Made by a program: the position numbers and the translations under genes | Shown: positions 1 to 12,763 of the stretch, one piece after another | Numbering within the stretch: the stretch's first letter is position 1 | How the letters are laid out: each line of letters opens with the position of its first letter | Source of the DNA: Cycas panzhihuaensis | Taxonomy: Eukaryota; Plantae; Cycadophyta | NCBI GenBank assembly: GCA_023213395.1 | Contig: CM041465.1 | Location: 76,639,741-76,703,740 of the forward strand | Reading direction: 5' to 3' | Length of the DNA: 64,000 nucleotides | The notes under the pieces: generated by a model | Told to the model about the DNA's origin: nothing | Databases searched by the model: none | What the model saw: only the letters and a program-made list of their open reading frames with translations

Positions 1-2630
1 GGATAGTGACTTATAGCATAGGAGATTTGGACACCTCAACTATAGTAGTTTAGACCTAATGAAAATAATGGATATGGTTAATGGGTTGCGTAACATTAAA
101 GTGGATAAAATCATATGTGAGGGATGCTTACTTGGTAAACAACATAGGGAAAGCTTTCCTGATTTTAGCTATTGGGCAACTGGTTTACCTCAGCTAGTCT
201 ATATAGATATCTATGGCCCTATGGATATCCCCTCATTAATAGGTGCACATTATTTCATTACATTCATTGATAACTACACTAGGAAGATGTGGGTACAAAC
301 TGGTGTAATAAAGTAGGCACAAACTTCTCTCTCTAAGATCTAATAATGGGAGAGAATTCATCTTCAACAAATTTAAGGTATACTATGTGCATCATGGGAT
401 CAAAAGGTAACTCACCAATCCCTACACCCTATAATAAAATGGTGTATCCAAAAGGAAAATTTGCACTGTTATAGAAATGGCAAGGTGCATGTTGAAGGAT
501 AAAAACTTGGGCCATGAGTTTTAGGAAAAAGTAGTCCATACATTCATTTACCTCCTCAAGTGGTGCTCCACCAAAGCCTTAAGGTGGAAGACACCTAAAG
601 AAGTTGGATTGGCTATAAGCCAAACATATATTATTTATGAGTTTTTGGGTTCCTAGCCTATACAAATATTCCTAACCAAAGAAGATCTAAATTAGATGAG
701 CATATTATTAAGTGTATATTTCTTGGCTATAATGAAATTTCAAAATCATATAAAGTCTATAATCCAAAGTCAAAAAGGGTCATGGTGAGTAGAGATGTAA
801 AGTTTTTAAGAAGAAGTTTGTTATCACGATAATTAAGAAAAGAGGAAAGAAGTAATAATCAATTTTGATAAGTCCACCAAGTCAAAATATGTGCTTCCTA
901 TGTTTTACTCTAGATGAGTCATCAATGAACCAAGTAGGGAGGGAACCTCTTCAGAACCTCCACCACAAAGTCTATCGAAATGGGTTTAAAGGAATCATGA
1001 TATAGGCAACATTTTGGATAATAATCAAAGGTCCACTCGCTTACATAGGGTAAACTTTTCCCTCATGAGCAAAGTTTTGGAGTCCCATAAGCCTCAAACC
1101 TTTGATGAGACCAATACACATACTTCTTGGAGAAAGGTAATGGAAGATGAATATCACTCCATTATTAAAAATGATACTTGGGAATTGGTTAACTTACCTC
1201 CCAATAAAAGAGCAATTAACACTAAGTGGATCTATAAAACCAAGTTCTGATCTGATAGATCAATTGATAAATATAAAGCTAGATTGGTCACCAAAGGTTA
1301 TGCCTAAAAAGAAGGCATTGATTACAATGAGATATTTGCCCTGATTACTCGAATGGAAACTATTTATATGATGATGAGTTTAGCAATTCAAATGGGATGG
1401 AAAGTTTATCAAATAGACATAAAAAGTACTTTCCTCAATGGCTACATTGAAGAGGATATCTATGTCTCTCAACCCCTTAGTTTTGAAGTCAAGGAGGAAG
1501 AAAACAAAGTGTACAAACTCAAAAAGGTACTTTATAATTTGAAATAAGTACTTAAGGCATGGTATTCCCAAATTAACAAATATTTTAGAGATCAAGGATT
1601 TGAGTGGTCTTAATTAGACCCAAATCTCTACATCAAAATTAAGGGAGATGCTATCTTAATTATAGGACTCTATGTAAATGACCTTGTCTACACTAGAAAT
1701 GACTCTCATCTTTTATGATACTTTAAGGAAGCCATGCATAAGGAATTTGGAATGATATATTTAGGATTAATGCATTACTTCCTAAGTTTAGAGGTATGGC
1801 AGGATAAGAATAGAATCTTCATCTCCCAAAGAAAATATACCTTAGATCTACTACAAAAGTTTAGGATGATCGACTACAAATTATTAACAACTCTAGCAGA
1901 AATAAGAATTAAGCTTTTTAAATCAGATGGCTTTACACTTATTAATCCTGCACTCCATAGATAGTAAATTAGAAATTTGATCTACTTAACATCCACTCGA
2001 TTAGACATAATGCATTCAGTCAGTGTTATATCTAGATTTATGTAAGACCCAAAGACTACTCATTGGAAAGTAGCCAAAAGAATTCTGCGTTATCTTAAAG
2101 GTACTTCAAAATATGATTTATACTATAAAGCTTCATCAAATTTCTGGTTGACAGGTTATACAGATTCAGATTGGGCAGGTGACATTAACAATAGAAAATT
2201 AACTTCAGGTTATAATTTCAATATGGGTTCGACAATTATAGCTTAGAGCACTAAGAATCAAAATATAGTTTCTCCATCTATAATTGAAGTAGAATATAAA
2301 GTAGCAGTCACTAGTGCATGTGAAATAGTATGGTTGAGAAGATTATTACAAGCCTTTCAGCTAGAACAAAAAGGGCCTATAAGAATTTGTTGTGATAATC
2401 AGAGTATAATATTGATGAAAAAGAACCTGATATTTCATGATAGAATGAAATATATTGAGACACAGTATCATTTTATTTGAGAGCTAGTACAAGTAAGAGA
2501 AATTGAATTGGTATATTGTAGCACCGAAGATCAAGTAATAGACATCTTCATGAAAGTATTGGGTAAAATAAAATTTTAGAAATCCAGAGACAAGTTGGAG
2601 GTTTTATATATTAACCATTATACAGGAGAA
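1..2630 (+). pseudogene. Degenerate Ty1/copia pol (GAG-pre-integrase, integrase, RT, RNase H), 5'-truncated by the window edge
   Basis: Translated fragments CEGCLLGKQHRESF, LVYIDIYGPM, YFITFIDNYTRKMWV, KNDTWELVNLP, WKVYQIDIKSTFLNG, GLMHYFL and GYTDSDWAG occur in copia order (INT before RT), with many stops and frameshifts. The purine tract ACAGGAGAA ends at 2630. Confidence 0.95.
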
Positions 2631-2985
2631 TATTAGGATAATGCCCAATTAGCAAGTGCATGTGAGCACTTTGGGCCTCTCAATGCCACCTTGAGTCTCC
2701 CTAGGTCACCTTGGCCACCTAGCATCATCAAATAGTTGCCTATAGTTGACAAAGAGTCGTCAAACCACCTTAGGTAAGATATTCGATTATTTTTATATTA
2801 TTTTAATATTTTTTAAATTTTAAACATTGGTCAGGTTGAGGTGCTTGTCACCTCCTTAAATTTATCTATATATAAGTGGGGAATACCTCCCTAGTATTTT
2901 TTAATATTGCCATTTACATTTTAGAGATTATTTATACTTTAAAAATGATATATACTCACTTATAATCCTCATGCTCTCCATATCG
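2631..2985 (+). repeat. 3' LTR of the first copia element (right end approximate)
   Basis: Follows the PPT and starts TATTAGGATAA (decayed TG). It resembles the LTRs at 41519, 50457 and 57188 (CAATGCCACCTT, AGGTTGAGGTG, GGGAATACCTCCCT blocks). Confidence 0.7.
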
Positions 2986-3022
2986 AAGCCAAAAGTTTCA
3001 TGAATGAAATATTATGGGGAAG

Positions 3023-3396
3023 TGTTGGAGTTAATGTTCAATTTATATAATTGGTTATTACTAGTCCCCATCTCTCTTTGAGTATTAGTGAATATTGTAT
3101 TGTAAGCATCAATAATATTTGTGCACATATGCTTACCTATTCATATAAAAACCTATTAGATGGTTTGTAAGTTTTCATATTTGATAGGTTGGATAAAATA
3201 TGAAATTATACTATAAATCTATACTCATATATAATATAAAAATTTGAAGGATGTTCGTTATTCCACTAAATATTATGTCCTTAATTATGTGTATATTTCA
3301 TCTTTATTATACTTGATATTTATCTTATATTTCATCTTATTTATACTCATATTTTTTCCATTATGAATGTTCAGCACACAATTTAAATTTCTAACA
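3023..3396 (+). repeat. Possible older LTR
   Basis: PPT-like ATGGGGAAG is followed by TGTTGGAGTTAATGTTCA, almost the same start as the LTR at 40690 (TGTTGGGGTTAATGTTCA). The end at ...CTAACA is tentative. Confidence 0.4.
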
Positions 3397-4149
3397 ATGG
3401 TAAATAGGAAATGATGATGCATTCAAGCTAAAATGCTAGTGAGAGATAATTCAAGTTAATATTCTAGTGTTCTAGTAATTTTGAGCCATTGTTTTATTAA
3501 TTTTAGGCCATCATTTTGAAAGAATTCAAGGAATTGATTTGAAGAGTAATAATGTCAGTTGTTCTAGAATGGTATGTGGAAAAATCACCATTCATCTTCC
3601 TAAACAGTACATAGAGAGGTTTAAAGGATTCATTCTAAAAATTAAGAAAATTATGGAATTGTTCTTAAACCATGCTTGTAGGGAATGACTTGTTGAATGG
3701 TTTAATGTTGAAAATGGAAAATGAGGTATAAAAGTGGGAAAAAGGGTTATTATTTTTCAAGACATAGTACAACATGCTATAAGAACTAGGGTTTAAACAT
3801 TTTTCTACAAAGTTATAATATTCTAAGTATAAAAATTAATGTTATAGTAGAAGTGAACCATTTAAATGGTTCAAAAGTGTTTTGTTTTGGTGAATGACTT
3901 AGTGGTATATAGTCTATGGTAAGTGTCTAACAATATATTTTTACAAACTATAGTATTTCAACAAGCAATCAAAATTCAATCCATTTTCCAAGTGTTCTTA
4001 GGTAAGAACTCAAGTATTCCATTTGTTAAAAATACTCTAAGTGTTTGTCCTTCCATTTTAAGTGTTTTGGTAGCATTAAAAATCAAGATAAGATGCTAGT
4101 TGATATTAAGTAATTGTATGTATCTTAATTGATAGAGGATTATAGATGA

Positions 4150-4690
4150 ATGCTAGATGAATTAAAATAAGGAAGTATTAGGATAGGTTGGAAGACATAT
4201 GTCCTAATTTTGTAGATACTTTAGTATAAGGAGACCATGGAGATCATTATAGGACTAGTAGCCCAAAATTTAGATAGGGTTGAAACTTATAGTATTCTCA
4301 TATGGAATAAAAAAAGTTGCCCAAAAATAGAGAAATAACTTTGGGAAATAAGAGAAGTGAACTTAATTGAGAACTTGTCAACCTAGTATTGTTTAAGCTA
4401 CGGGCATAATTATATTTGAGGGGTGTAAAAATTAAAAATTTAAGAGATGAGGACTTGTAGTGAATAGGAAAAATGTTGGGAACAAGAATTTTATGGGAAA
4501 AAATAAATTATATATTATCCCATTAGTATGCTCACATTATTACAAGATGTGTAACAAGATATCTTACTTAACTAGAGTGAGTTTCTAGCACATATGATAA
4601 GGAAACAATTGTATGAACTTTGAAGAGAAGCTAGTCTTTATATTGAGAAGATAAGGTCCCAACCCTTAAACTGCCACTAAGATCTAAACT
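4150..4690 (+). pseudogene. Remnant of the gypsy-family extra 3' ORF (homologous to about 25000-25600 and 30360-31450)
   Basis: Shares nucleotide blocks with 25290-25540 (GGGCATAATTATATT; CTAGAGTGAGTTT..GCACATAT). Peptide remnants YAHII and N*SEFLAH are visible. Confidence 0.55.
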
Positions 4691-5447
4691 ATTCTTGCAA
4701 CTAGTTATAGGAATTGAAACTAAAATTTAACATGCAAGTTCTTAAAACTAGAGATAAAATAATAAAATGAACAAGAATTCCATACATCACATATACACCC
4801 GATATAACATGGTAAAACCCTAGTAGTGTGCTAGGAAACATCCACACAGGAAATGTCTTGATCTTTATTGTCAAAGAATGGAGAAAATGTATATAATCCT
4901 ATAGTAGAGTGTTCACAACAACAACAACTAGCCACCCAAGTCCTCACAGTACATTGAACACTATCAACATAATAAAAAGTACCCTAAATCGAGCTACATG
5001 AGAGGAACATCCAAGGCACATATCTTGACCATAGAATCTAGGGTATTTTGAGTGAATGACCCTGATTCTCTTTACAATTTAATATGCTTTCTAGTGCTAA
5101 ATTTTTGGGTTGGGGGCTATCACCCCCAAACCCTCTCTTTGTGAGGGGCGTTCCACTCCCCCCACACCCCCTTGGCCAAGGGGGGCTCCTGCTCCCCTTA
5201 GAACCCCCCGAGGAAGGTTTGGGGAGGAAACCGCACTACCAACATATCAAAAGTTTAGCCTCCAACCATTGTTGTCACATTACCTAACACTTTAGACATT
5301 TATCCCAATTATTGGATGTCTTATTACTCTAGTGCCCCATAATAAAGATGCCATAATAGGAAATTAGAAAAAATATAATATAAATAGTAGTGGTCCTTGG
5401 AATTCCTACATGATATCAATTTAGGTGATCTTAAAGGGTATATTTTA

Positions 5448-5947
5448 NNNNNNNNNNNNNNNNNNNNNNNNNNNNNNNNNNNNNNNNNNNNNNNNNNNNN
5501 NNNNNNNNNNNNNNNNNNNNNNNNNNNNNNNNNNNNNNNNNNNNNNNNNNNNNNNNNNNNNNNNNNNNNNNNNNNNNNNNNNNNNNNNNNNNNNNNNNNN
5601 NNNNNNNNNNNNNNNNNNNNNNNNNNNNNNNNNNNNNNNNNNNNNNNNNNNNNNNNNNNNNNNNNNNNNNNNNNNNNNNNNNNNNNNNNNNNNNNNNNNN
5701 NNNNNNNNNNNNNNNNNNNNNNNNNNNNNNNNNNNNNNNNNNNNNNNNNNNNNNNNNNNNNNNNNNNNNNNNNNNNNNNNNNNNNNNNNNNNNNNNNNNN
5801 NNNNNNNNNNNNNNNNNNNNNNNNNNNNNNNNNNNNNNNNNNNNNNNNNNNNNNNNNNNNNNNNNNNNNNNNNNNNNNNNNNNNNNNNNNNNNNNNNNNN
5901 NNNNNNNNNNNNNNNNNNNNNNNNNNNNNNNNNNNNNNNNNNNNNNN
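5448..5947. other. Assembly gap, 500 N
   Basis: Run of N. Contiguity across it is not guaranteed. Confidence 1.
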
Positions 5948-7232
5948 TCCTCCACCACTATACCATGAGGACTGTACTCCAAGATGAAACTCACACCTCC
6001 CTTAGTATTCGATTTCATTTAACCTTGGTCTATTTCACCAAGGCGCAGATACACAAGTCAAGAATCGATGATAAAGTCGCTTTAAACGAATCGATTTTAA
6101 TGAAAAGGCTCTTGTTCCTTTAACAACATGTAAAACAACGAAAAATTGAATGTAAACGAATGGAAATGCTCTACTTAAGTTGTTGTTGTCATACGGGTTG
6201 TGTTGATTTATGTGTCCACCTAGTGCCCAATGGCACTCTATGTGCCCAAGTGGCACTCAACGAGGTTCCAAGGTATACAACCATTAAAAATCATACACGA
6301 CGAGCCAAATCATCGAATATTGCTCGAACTGTATGTGATTATTAGCAAAATATTTAAGTGCCTTATTTGCCAAAATAGCCAAATAGCTCTGTGCCAAAAA
6401 GCATAAATGTCTTAAAAACCTCTCTTACATACAATAATATATATATATATTTTTAATGAGTTTAAAAACTAAAATTTCAAAATACAATGTATGTCAAAAT
6501 CAAATTTTCAAAGAAGCCTAAGTCTCTGTTGGGCGTATTGTACCGCCTATCAGCATGCACTTAAAAAAAATAAATGAAAATTAAAATTTGCATTTGTTGC
6601 CCTTCACCCGCACTCTCACAACATACAAAAAATTTTGAAAAATCTTATCAAACCAAAAGAAAAACACATGTTTAATTCAGGCCAAATGTACTCAGAAACC
6701 CAAAATGTTCATAACTTTTCAACAGAGTATCTGATGATGCTATATCTATCCCAAATGATGATTTTACTTGTGAGGTCCAAAACATATTATAAGATAAAAA
6801 CTGCCGATTTTTTTTAGATCCTAGATTTTTAAATTTGGGCGTGGTCGATAAAATGCGTTGTTTGACCCTTAATTTCAAAATCTCGGCCGCCCAAAGAGAT
6901 AAAAGTGGTAGAAGCCAAACGCACCTACTAGTGACATTTCGTACATTCCTGCACTTTGAATTTTTAATCGCATCATATAATAATGTAAAATTACGCATAA
7001 AAGATCCGACAACTTGATCTTTACTCGTATTCCTTTTAACTGAACACCGATTTTTTCTTCTCGCAACTTAGAACTGATTTTTTATACTTTCACAAAAATG
7101 AAATTAAAAATAGGTTTAAAATGCCGATTTAGAATTCAAAAAGATTATTGAAAATTATTATAAGCATGAGTTAAATTCTTGTGCTCTTTTAGTCTCGCAA
7201 AATATGTTGCTTTTGGGGCCAATTACACCTTC
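5948..7232. mobile_element. Possible DNA-transposon terminal region (Mutator-like TIR end)
   Basis: Non-coding and less CpG-depleted than neighbouring repeats, with repeated GTGCC..GGCAC palindromes at 6222-6258. It ends in TTTTGGGGCCAATTACACCTTCC, which resembles MULE termini. No partner TIR is seen; it may lie in or beyond the gap. Confidence 0.25.
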
Positions 7233-8169
7233 CTCTTATCTCGTAAATAAATAAAGGTATCAACATACAATTTTGTACTAAAATCTACTATAAAAATAGC
7301 TTTAAATGGATTTGAAAAAACTCCTAACTCTTCACTTCACATGAATGGTGAATAAGAGGAGAACATACCATGGCAATCTCCAAGCAAGTGAGTGTGGCAC
7401 CAGTAATCCACCCTTTAATGGCTCTCGAAACCATTTGTTGAGAGAATAGATCTAGGAATCGGTAGTGCACTAACACTACACAATGCTGTAAATAGTGGAG
7501 ACAAGCATGTTGTAATGTACTTAATAAGAGAAATGCTAATAGCCTTGAACTTAAAGAATAGAAGTGTAGAATATATGATCACTTTCCATGTAATTTCACT
7601 TATATAATGAGAATGCTCATTAAAGTTTAGAATTTGAGTTTTCCTCCCAATGACATTCAAATGAGATTCCATGAAATTACAATGAAATGAATTTATCTCA
7701 TTTCACTCTAAGTGACTTAAGCATAGTCACCTCGCTTACCCTAAAGTTATAAACATAAGCAAGTGACTTTTATCTAATTCTAACTTTATGAAAATGAGCC
7801 ATGTAACATTAACATCGCCGGCCACTTATATGTTAATTTTTTCCATCGATTTTTCAAGATGTAGGACCACCAATTACAATTCAACATATATAAATTAATG
7901 TTAACTAGTTGTTAACTATTTGGGCTTCTATAAGCATCCAATAACATCTTATTTGCTTAATTAGTTATTTGCTTAGACACTAAATTAGTTAAGCATTGTA
8001 AACTCTCGACTAAATTTTCTTCATATTATAAGTTGAATGCCACCATTGTAAATTGAACATTGTTATAAACTAATAACTCTAATCTATAAATTGAATAGTG
8101 TTATAAATTGATCATTATAACTTGTAGATTGATCGCTGTGTTATAAACTAGATGCTATTGAAAACCAAA

Positions 8170-10845
8170 TGCTATCGATGACTAGTAGTTTATTGCAACA
8201 ACACCTCAATAATTTGGGATTTGATGGCACAATAGATGTCATTCAAAGATCAATACCTTTTCAAAACATGATAGCAATCAAAGGAATTATAAACAAAGAT
8301 GGTAGTCAATGGCAATTTCCATGCATCTTAAGGGGAGTTCCATTGTGTAGTACAAAAAGAGTAGATTGGTTAACTTTGGTAGACATAACATCGAAATTCT
8401 AACAAAGGTTCCAAAAGCTAAGGGCTACAACAATCAAGTAGTTGATCAAGCCCAAGGATGTTAGACAAAATGCTAAGAGAGTCTATTTTAGATTACAAAA
8501 GTCAAATGACAATCATTACAAAGAATATGACTAATGGTGAGAAGGTATTGAACTATCAAATGTAGACATATTTTGTTGAGGAATTATCAACAAAACTATA
8601 TGGCACACTATAGCAACACTAATTGAGAATCACCCTAGCAAAAGACATGGTTGAAGTGAAGATCAATAGTGATGAAGGAAGCTCAAATCAAGACAACATG
8701 TTGGACATGCTACGTGATGAAATCAAAAAGTTGGAGTGGAGAAGACCTGCCATGCTATTGGGACGTTAGAAGAAAATTCTAAACTAGAAACCCTAAGGCA
8801 AAAAATTATAAAATTAAAAATAACTTAGCCCAAGCCTAGAAGAAGCCCATGGGAATCCAAAAATGAGGCAAAACCCATGAATTAAGGCATGAAGACAAAA
8901 AGGAAAAGCAAGAATGAAGAAAAGTGGTGTCCCACCTACAAGGCCTCCACACACAATTTTAGAGACTATTGTTATAATGGCCATTGAAATAACACTTGGG
9001 GGAAAGGGAAGGATTGAGGAGGTGAAACTAAATTAATTCACTCATCAAAGGTGGCACCTAACCCATAAAAAAAGGAAAAAATTAGTGGATCAATGCACGC
9101 TTTTGCTTAGAATTCAAACACGAGAGATCTAAGCGTTTGTACAAAACGTCAATAATGACAATGCACACATCATAAGTGTGGACAAGCAATCACAATTCTA
9201 TAAATTGCCCAAACAATCTCATGGCTAGCAACATAACTACAATCATGTTGGACCTATAAAGAATGTTAAAATATGTCAAGTCAAGAAAGGAGAAGCACCC
9301 AAGCAAAGTCCACAAGGATAAAAGTCGATTACCCTAGTATGAAGGTGAAATAAACCACTTTGTAAAGAACTAAGAAAGCACTTGAAGATATTACCAAAGA
9401 AGTACATGCAAATTGTCTCACACTATTGAAGCTTGAAATTAAGCAAGTATATAAGAGAAGGGGGTCAATGAAGCCCACCCAACAATAACACACCTAATCT
9501 CCACCAACTAGAGGTGTCAAGGAAACCAAAATCAATAAACTCATTCATCGAATATCAAAATAAAACATCCCAAAACACTTAATTGAAGCATCTAGCAAAA
9601 CAATTGTAAAAGATGATACCATTAACTAAAGTTAACTAAAGTCATTTAGCGATTGAAGATAAAAGCTCTCAACTCGAGAATCGAATGGAATAGTACAAAG
9701 TGTAAACAAGATCCTTCTATTAATCAATGAAGATCATAAAGTTGCTATGGTAATTATAGGAGAAACCAACAAAGAAGTAATCACAGACAAAGGTTTTGTT
9801 ATAAGCATGCTTTGGCTGCACTCCAAAAACACTAGGTTGTCCACAAATGGTTGCAACAACTTATTCGATCAAGCTCACCAATGAAATACAAACCAACCCA
9901 TGGGAGTAGTTCCCAACTTAAAAGTCAACATACTAGGAAGAGAAGTAACCCTAGAATTAATAATTATCAAAACAATCAAGGGAATAGTGTCCTATCCAAT
10001 GCTACTAGGAAGGCCATGGTTGTATGAGATAGATTACCTCTAAAATTGGAAGCACAAAACCTTTAACTCATTACATGATGAGAAAATAACATCCATGCCA
10101 ATGATGAATAAAAGAAACATAATTGAAATCATACCCAACAAGGATCCAATAGTACCACTGCAACTGAAAAGACATCCAACTCATTTGATGAAACAACTAC
10201 ATTTGAACATAGAAGAAGTGATCACTATGAGTAATCCCTATGAAAAGGAGCCAAACTATTATGGAGAGCTCCATCTTGATTTAAACTTTGAGGGAGGTGA
10301 TACAAATACCTACCTAAGAAATTAGTTGCAAGGAGCATATAAAGCAGATGGGCCTAAGGCTGGCTATTATAATATGAAAATTGACCCCAACAAAAATCAT
10401 AATAAAGGATTTAACCTGCATAGGCTAGCGCAATGGTATTAAAGGTAGGGTCTCACCCCTGAGACCCAAGTTTGAGTCTTGTCGAAGGCAAATGCTTGTT
10501 TGGGGGCTTCTAAGGTGGCGGTCTTTTGCTAGTGCTAGGCACGAAGGTGTTTGGGTTTTCCTAATAGTGCAAATTATGAGTGAAAGATACTACCCTAGAG
10601 AAGTAGTGGTGATTGTAACGATGCTGACACCTCTAGGTGATCTAAAAAAATCATAGTAAAGGATTTAAAAGTATAAATAATCATCAAAATAGAAGGGGAC
10701 ATTGCCATGCAAATGGTAAAAGCAAAAACTTAGGCATTGTCAAGATGAAAGTCCTAAGGAAAATTGAATGGACGTTAACAACCACAATTCCCCAAGTTGC
10801 AGCAAGAAATTGGTGGATCAATCAAGGGATAACAAGAATGAAACA
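8170..10845 (+). pseudogene. Degenerate Ty3/gypsy gag-protease region (host of the SINE and L1)
   Basis: Gag-like VDWLTLVDITSKF*QRF near 8360 and decayed zinc knuckles near 8920-9210. Retropepsin motif YPMLLGRPWLYE at about 9992-10030, then a linker EPNYYGEL..EGG that is shared with about 28030. Confidence 0.7.
10415..10645 (+). mobile_element. tRNA-derived SINE with target-site duplication
   Basis: A-box TAGCGCAATGG (10426-10436), hairpin GGGTCTCA-cccc-TGAGACCC (10448-10467), B-box-like AGTTTGAGTCT (10469-10479) and a short A tail. Flanking direct repeats AAAAATCATAATAAAGGATTTAA (10392-10414) and AAAAATCATAGTAAAGGATTTAA (10646-10668). Confidence 0.88.
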
Positions 10846-11407
10846 CCATTATTGCAGATAATGCTTTTGTTCCTTGAATTTTATTTGAATGTATGATATT
10901 GCTCTGCTAGGGTTTAGAGTCGGCGGTGGCGACCTACGTGCTTCTCTAGAGTTTGTTTCACTATGAGGACAACAGAGCCTCCACAATGGGACAATGGAGG
11001 GTGAGACCTTCTCAGAACTGTGTTTTTATCTCTTTTGAGCGATAAGGGGCATTTACCAAAGATACTCTTCTCTCCGAGTTGGGTTTAGATATTCATTCTA
11101 AGAGGTAGATGCAAGGAAGCGAGGCTCCCGGTGAGAAGCGTACATATTTGTAGTCTCAGTATCAAGTTCATGGTTGCCGAGTCAACAAAGGAGTCTCGTG
11201 GAGTGGTTAGACAATTTGCTCTTGCTTGTCATTGCAGAAAAGGCACTTGATCCCACTAGAGGGAGAGAGAGGTTTCCAAGGATTGTTGGCAAGATACTGC
11301 TTCGGGTGAGGGCTTCACTTTGACCTCAAAGAGTAAGATGAATCAATTTTTGAAGTAATTCTTATGATTTTTCAAAATAATGGAGGAAGCTTTGTGTTTA
11401 ATCTAAT

Positions 11408-12723
11408 ATGGATAATAATCAAAATTCATCCCTCGACAGTCTCATAAACAAACACAAAACCTTAACCAAATCCATAATCTAAACAAAGGAAAATCGTATC
11501 TAGAGGCCTTGAGAAATGAACAAGAAATAGAATCCTTTGACATAAACCCCATTATGAATGAGGATATGATTTGAATATCCATTCCAAAGAGATTGTTCGA
11601 TCGTATAGAGAGGCAATCGGGAGAACTTCCTAGTTGGGCCCTTTTCTGGCCCTAGACTTGAAATGGACCCTATCAAGAAATGGGTGGGGCAAAGATGGAA
11701 GTTGAAAGGGTCGATGGAGGTCATAGCACTCCCAAAGGGATTCGTGCTTTTTAAATTCATGTACCAAGAAGACATGATAAATGTCTTACTCAGATCACCT
11801 TGGATGATGGGGAGGAAAGCGGTCCTCATGGAGAAATAGCATTCGGACCTCGATCTAGTTGAAGGATCTATCAAGCAAATCCCTCTTTGGGTACAGCTCC
11901 CTGGCTTTCCCATTACAAGCCTGGGATATGGACGTTATAAACGAGATAGCTAAGGTTATTGGCCCTCTTTTGGCGGTGGATTTAGCCACTAAGAATAGGA
12001 GCAAATTGGTGAACGCAGATTCTCACTTTGGCCAGAATGTGCGCCCTTCTCAAAGTGTGAAAATTGAGGGGGAAGGATGGAGCAGAGACTAGAAAGTAAT
12101 GTACGAACTTGAAAATATTAGATGTATAATTTGTAAATGCTTGGGCCACCTTTCTCAAAACTGCCCTAGAGCACTAAAGACAAAGTCTGAGGTGATCCAT
12201 GAGGGTGATAAGGGCAAGGACAGCGACAAGCAAGGTAGCCATCTAGGGGCTCTTGATGAGGGGAAGAGGATAGAAGAAGGTTTAACAGAAGATGGAAAGG
12301 AGCTAGAGTTGGATGAGGAAGATACCCTTCTTGAAGATGGGGAGGAAGAAGGGAGGGAGGGGGATAGGATGAGTACCCTCCCAGCTTATGACCAAACTCA
12401 AATGGAAGAGATTGAGCTTGTCAACAAGGATAAGGAGACCCTAATAGGGGAGAAGGTTGCCTCCCAAAACGAAGGCCCAACCCCTGCACATAGACAAGAG
12501 GAGCAAGGAAAACCTGAGAGGGTATGGAAAATCAAAGATAAAGGGAATCAAGAGGAACACAAGGACCTGGAACAATTCAAAGGTCCAGATTTTGAAAGTG
12601 AAAGGAGGGTTGGTAGGCCCCCTCTGAGGTTGCTGTGAGAAAGGGAGGCAGCTTCACAGGTAGACTAAGGTAGTTAGAGAACTTTAAGAAATTGAGGCAG
12701 GTTAGGCCCCAAGTTATGAAGTA
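11408..12723 (+). pseudogene. L1 ORF1 remnant (DUF4283-like domain, CCHC zinc knuckle, acidic tail)
   Basis: FLVGPFSGPR..W..KG..EVIALPKGFVLFKF..EDMINVL..SPWMM; CIICKCLGHLSQNC; Glu-rich segment. The start is approximate. Confidence 0.85.
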
Positions 12724-12763
12724 AAAGATGATGAGATTCGCGGGAGAAGGAGGCGATGCAACC

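Noticed and set aside
5397-6123. Long ORFs of 195-232 aa in the track
   Set aside because: They are artefacts of translating through the 500-N gap.
6730-6780. CTGATGA and TGATGA motifs suggesting a C/D snoRNA or hammerhead
   Set aside because: The boxes lack correct order and spacing, and there are no terminal stems.
7330-7700. 85-aa minus-strand ORF and a weak RIDL motif on the plus strand
   Set aside because: Too little similarity to assign to a LINE endonuclease or a gene.
10415-10490. Possible tRNA gene
   Set aside because: No acceptor stem or proper anticodon loop. It continues into a body and A tail with a TSD, so it is a SINE head.
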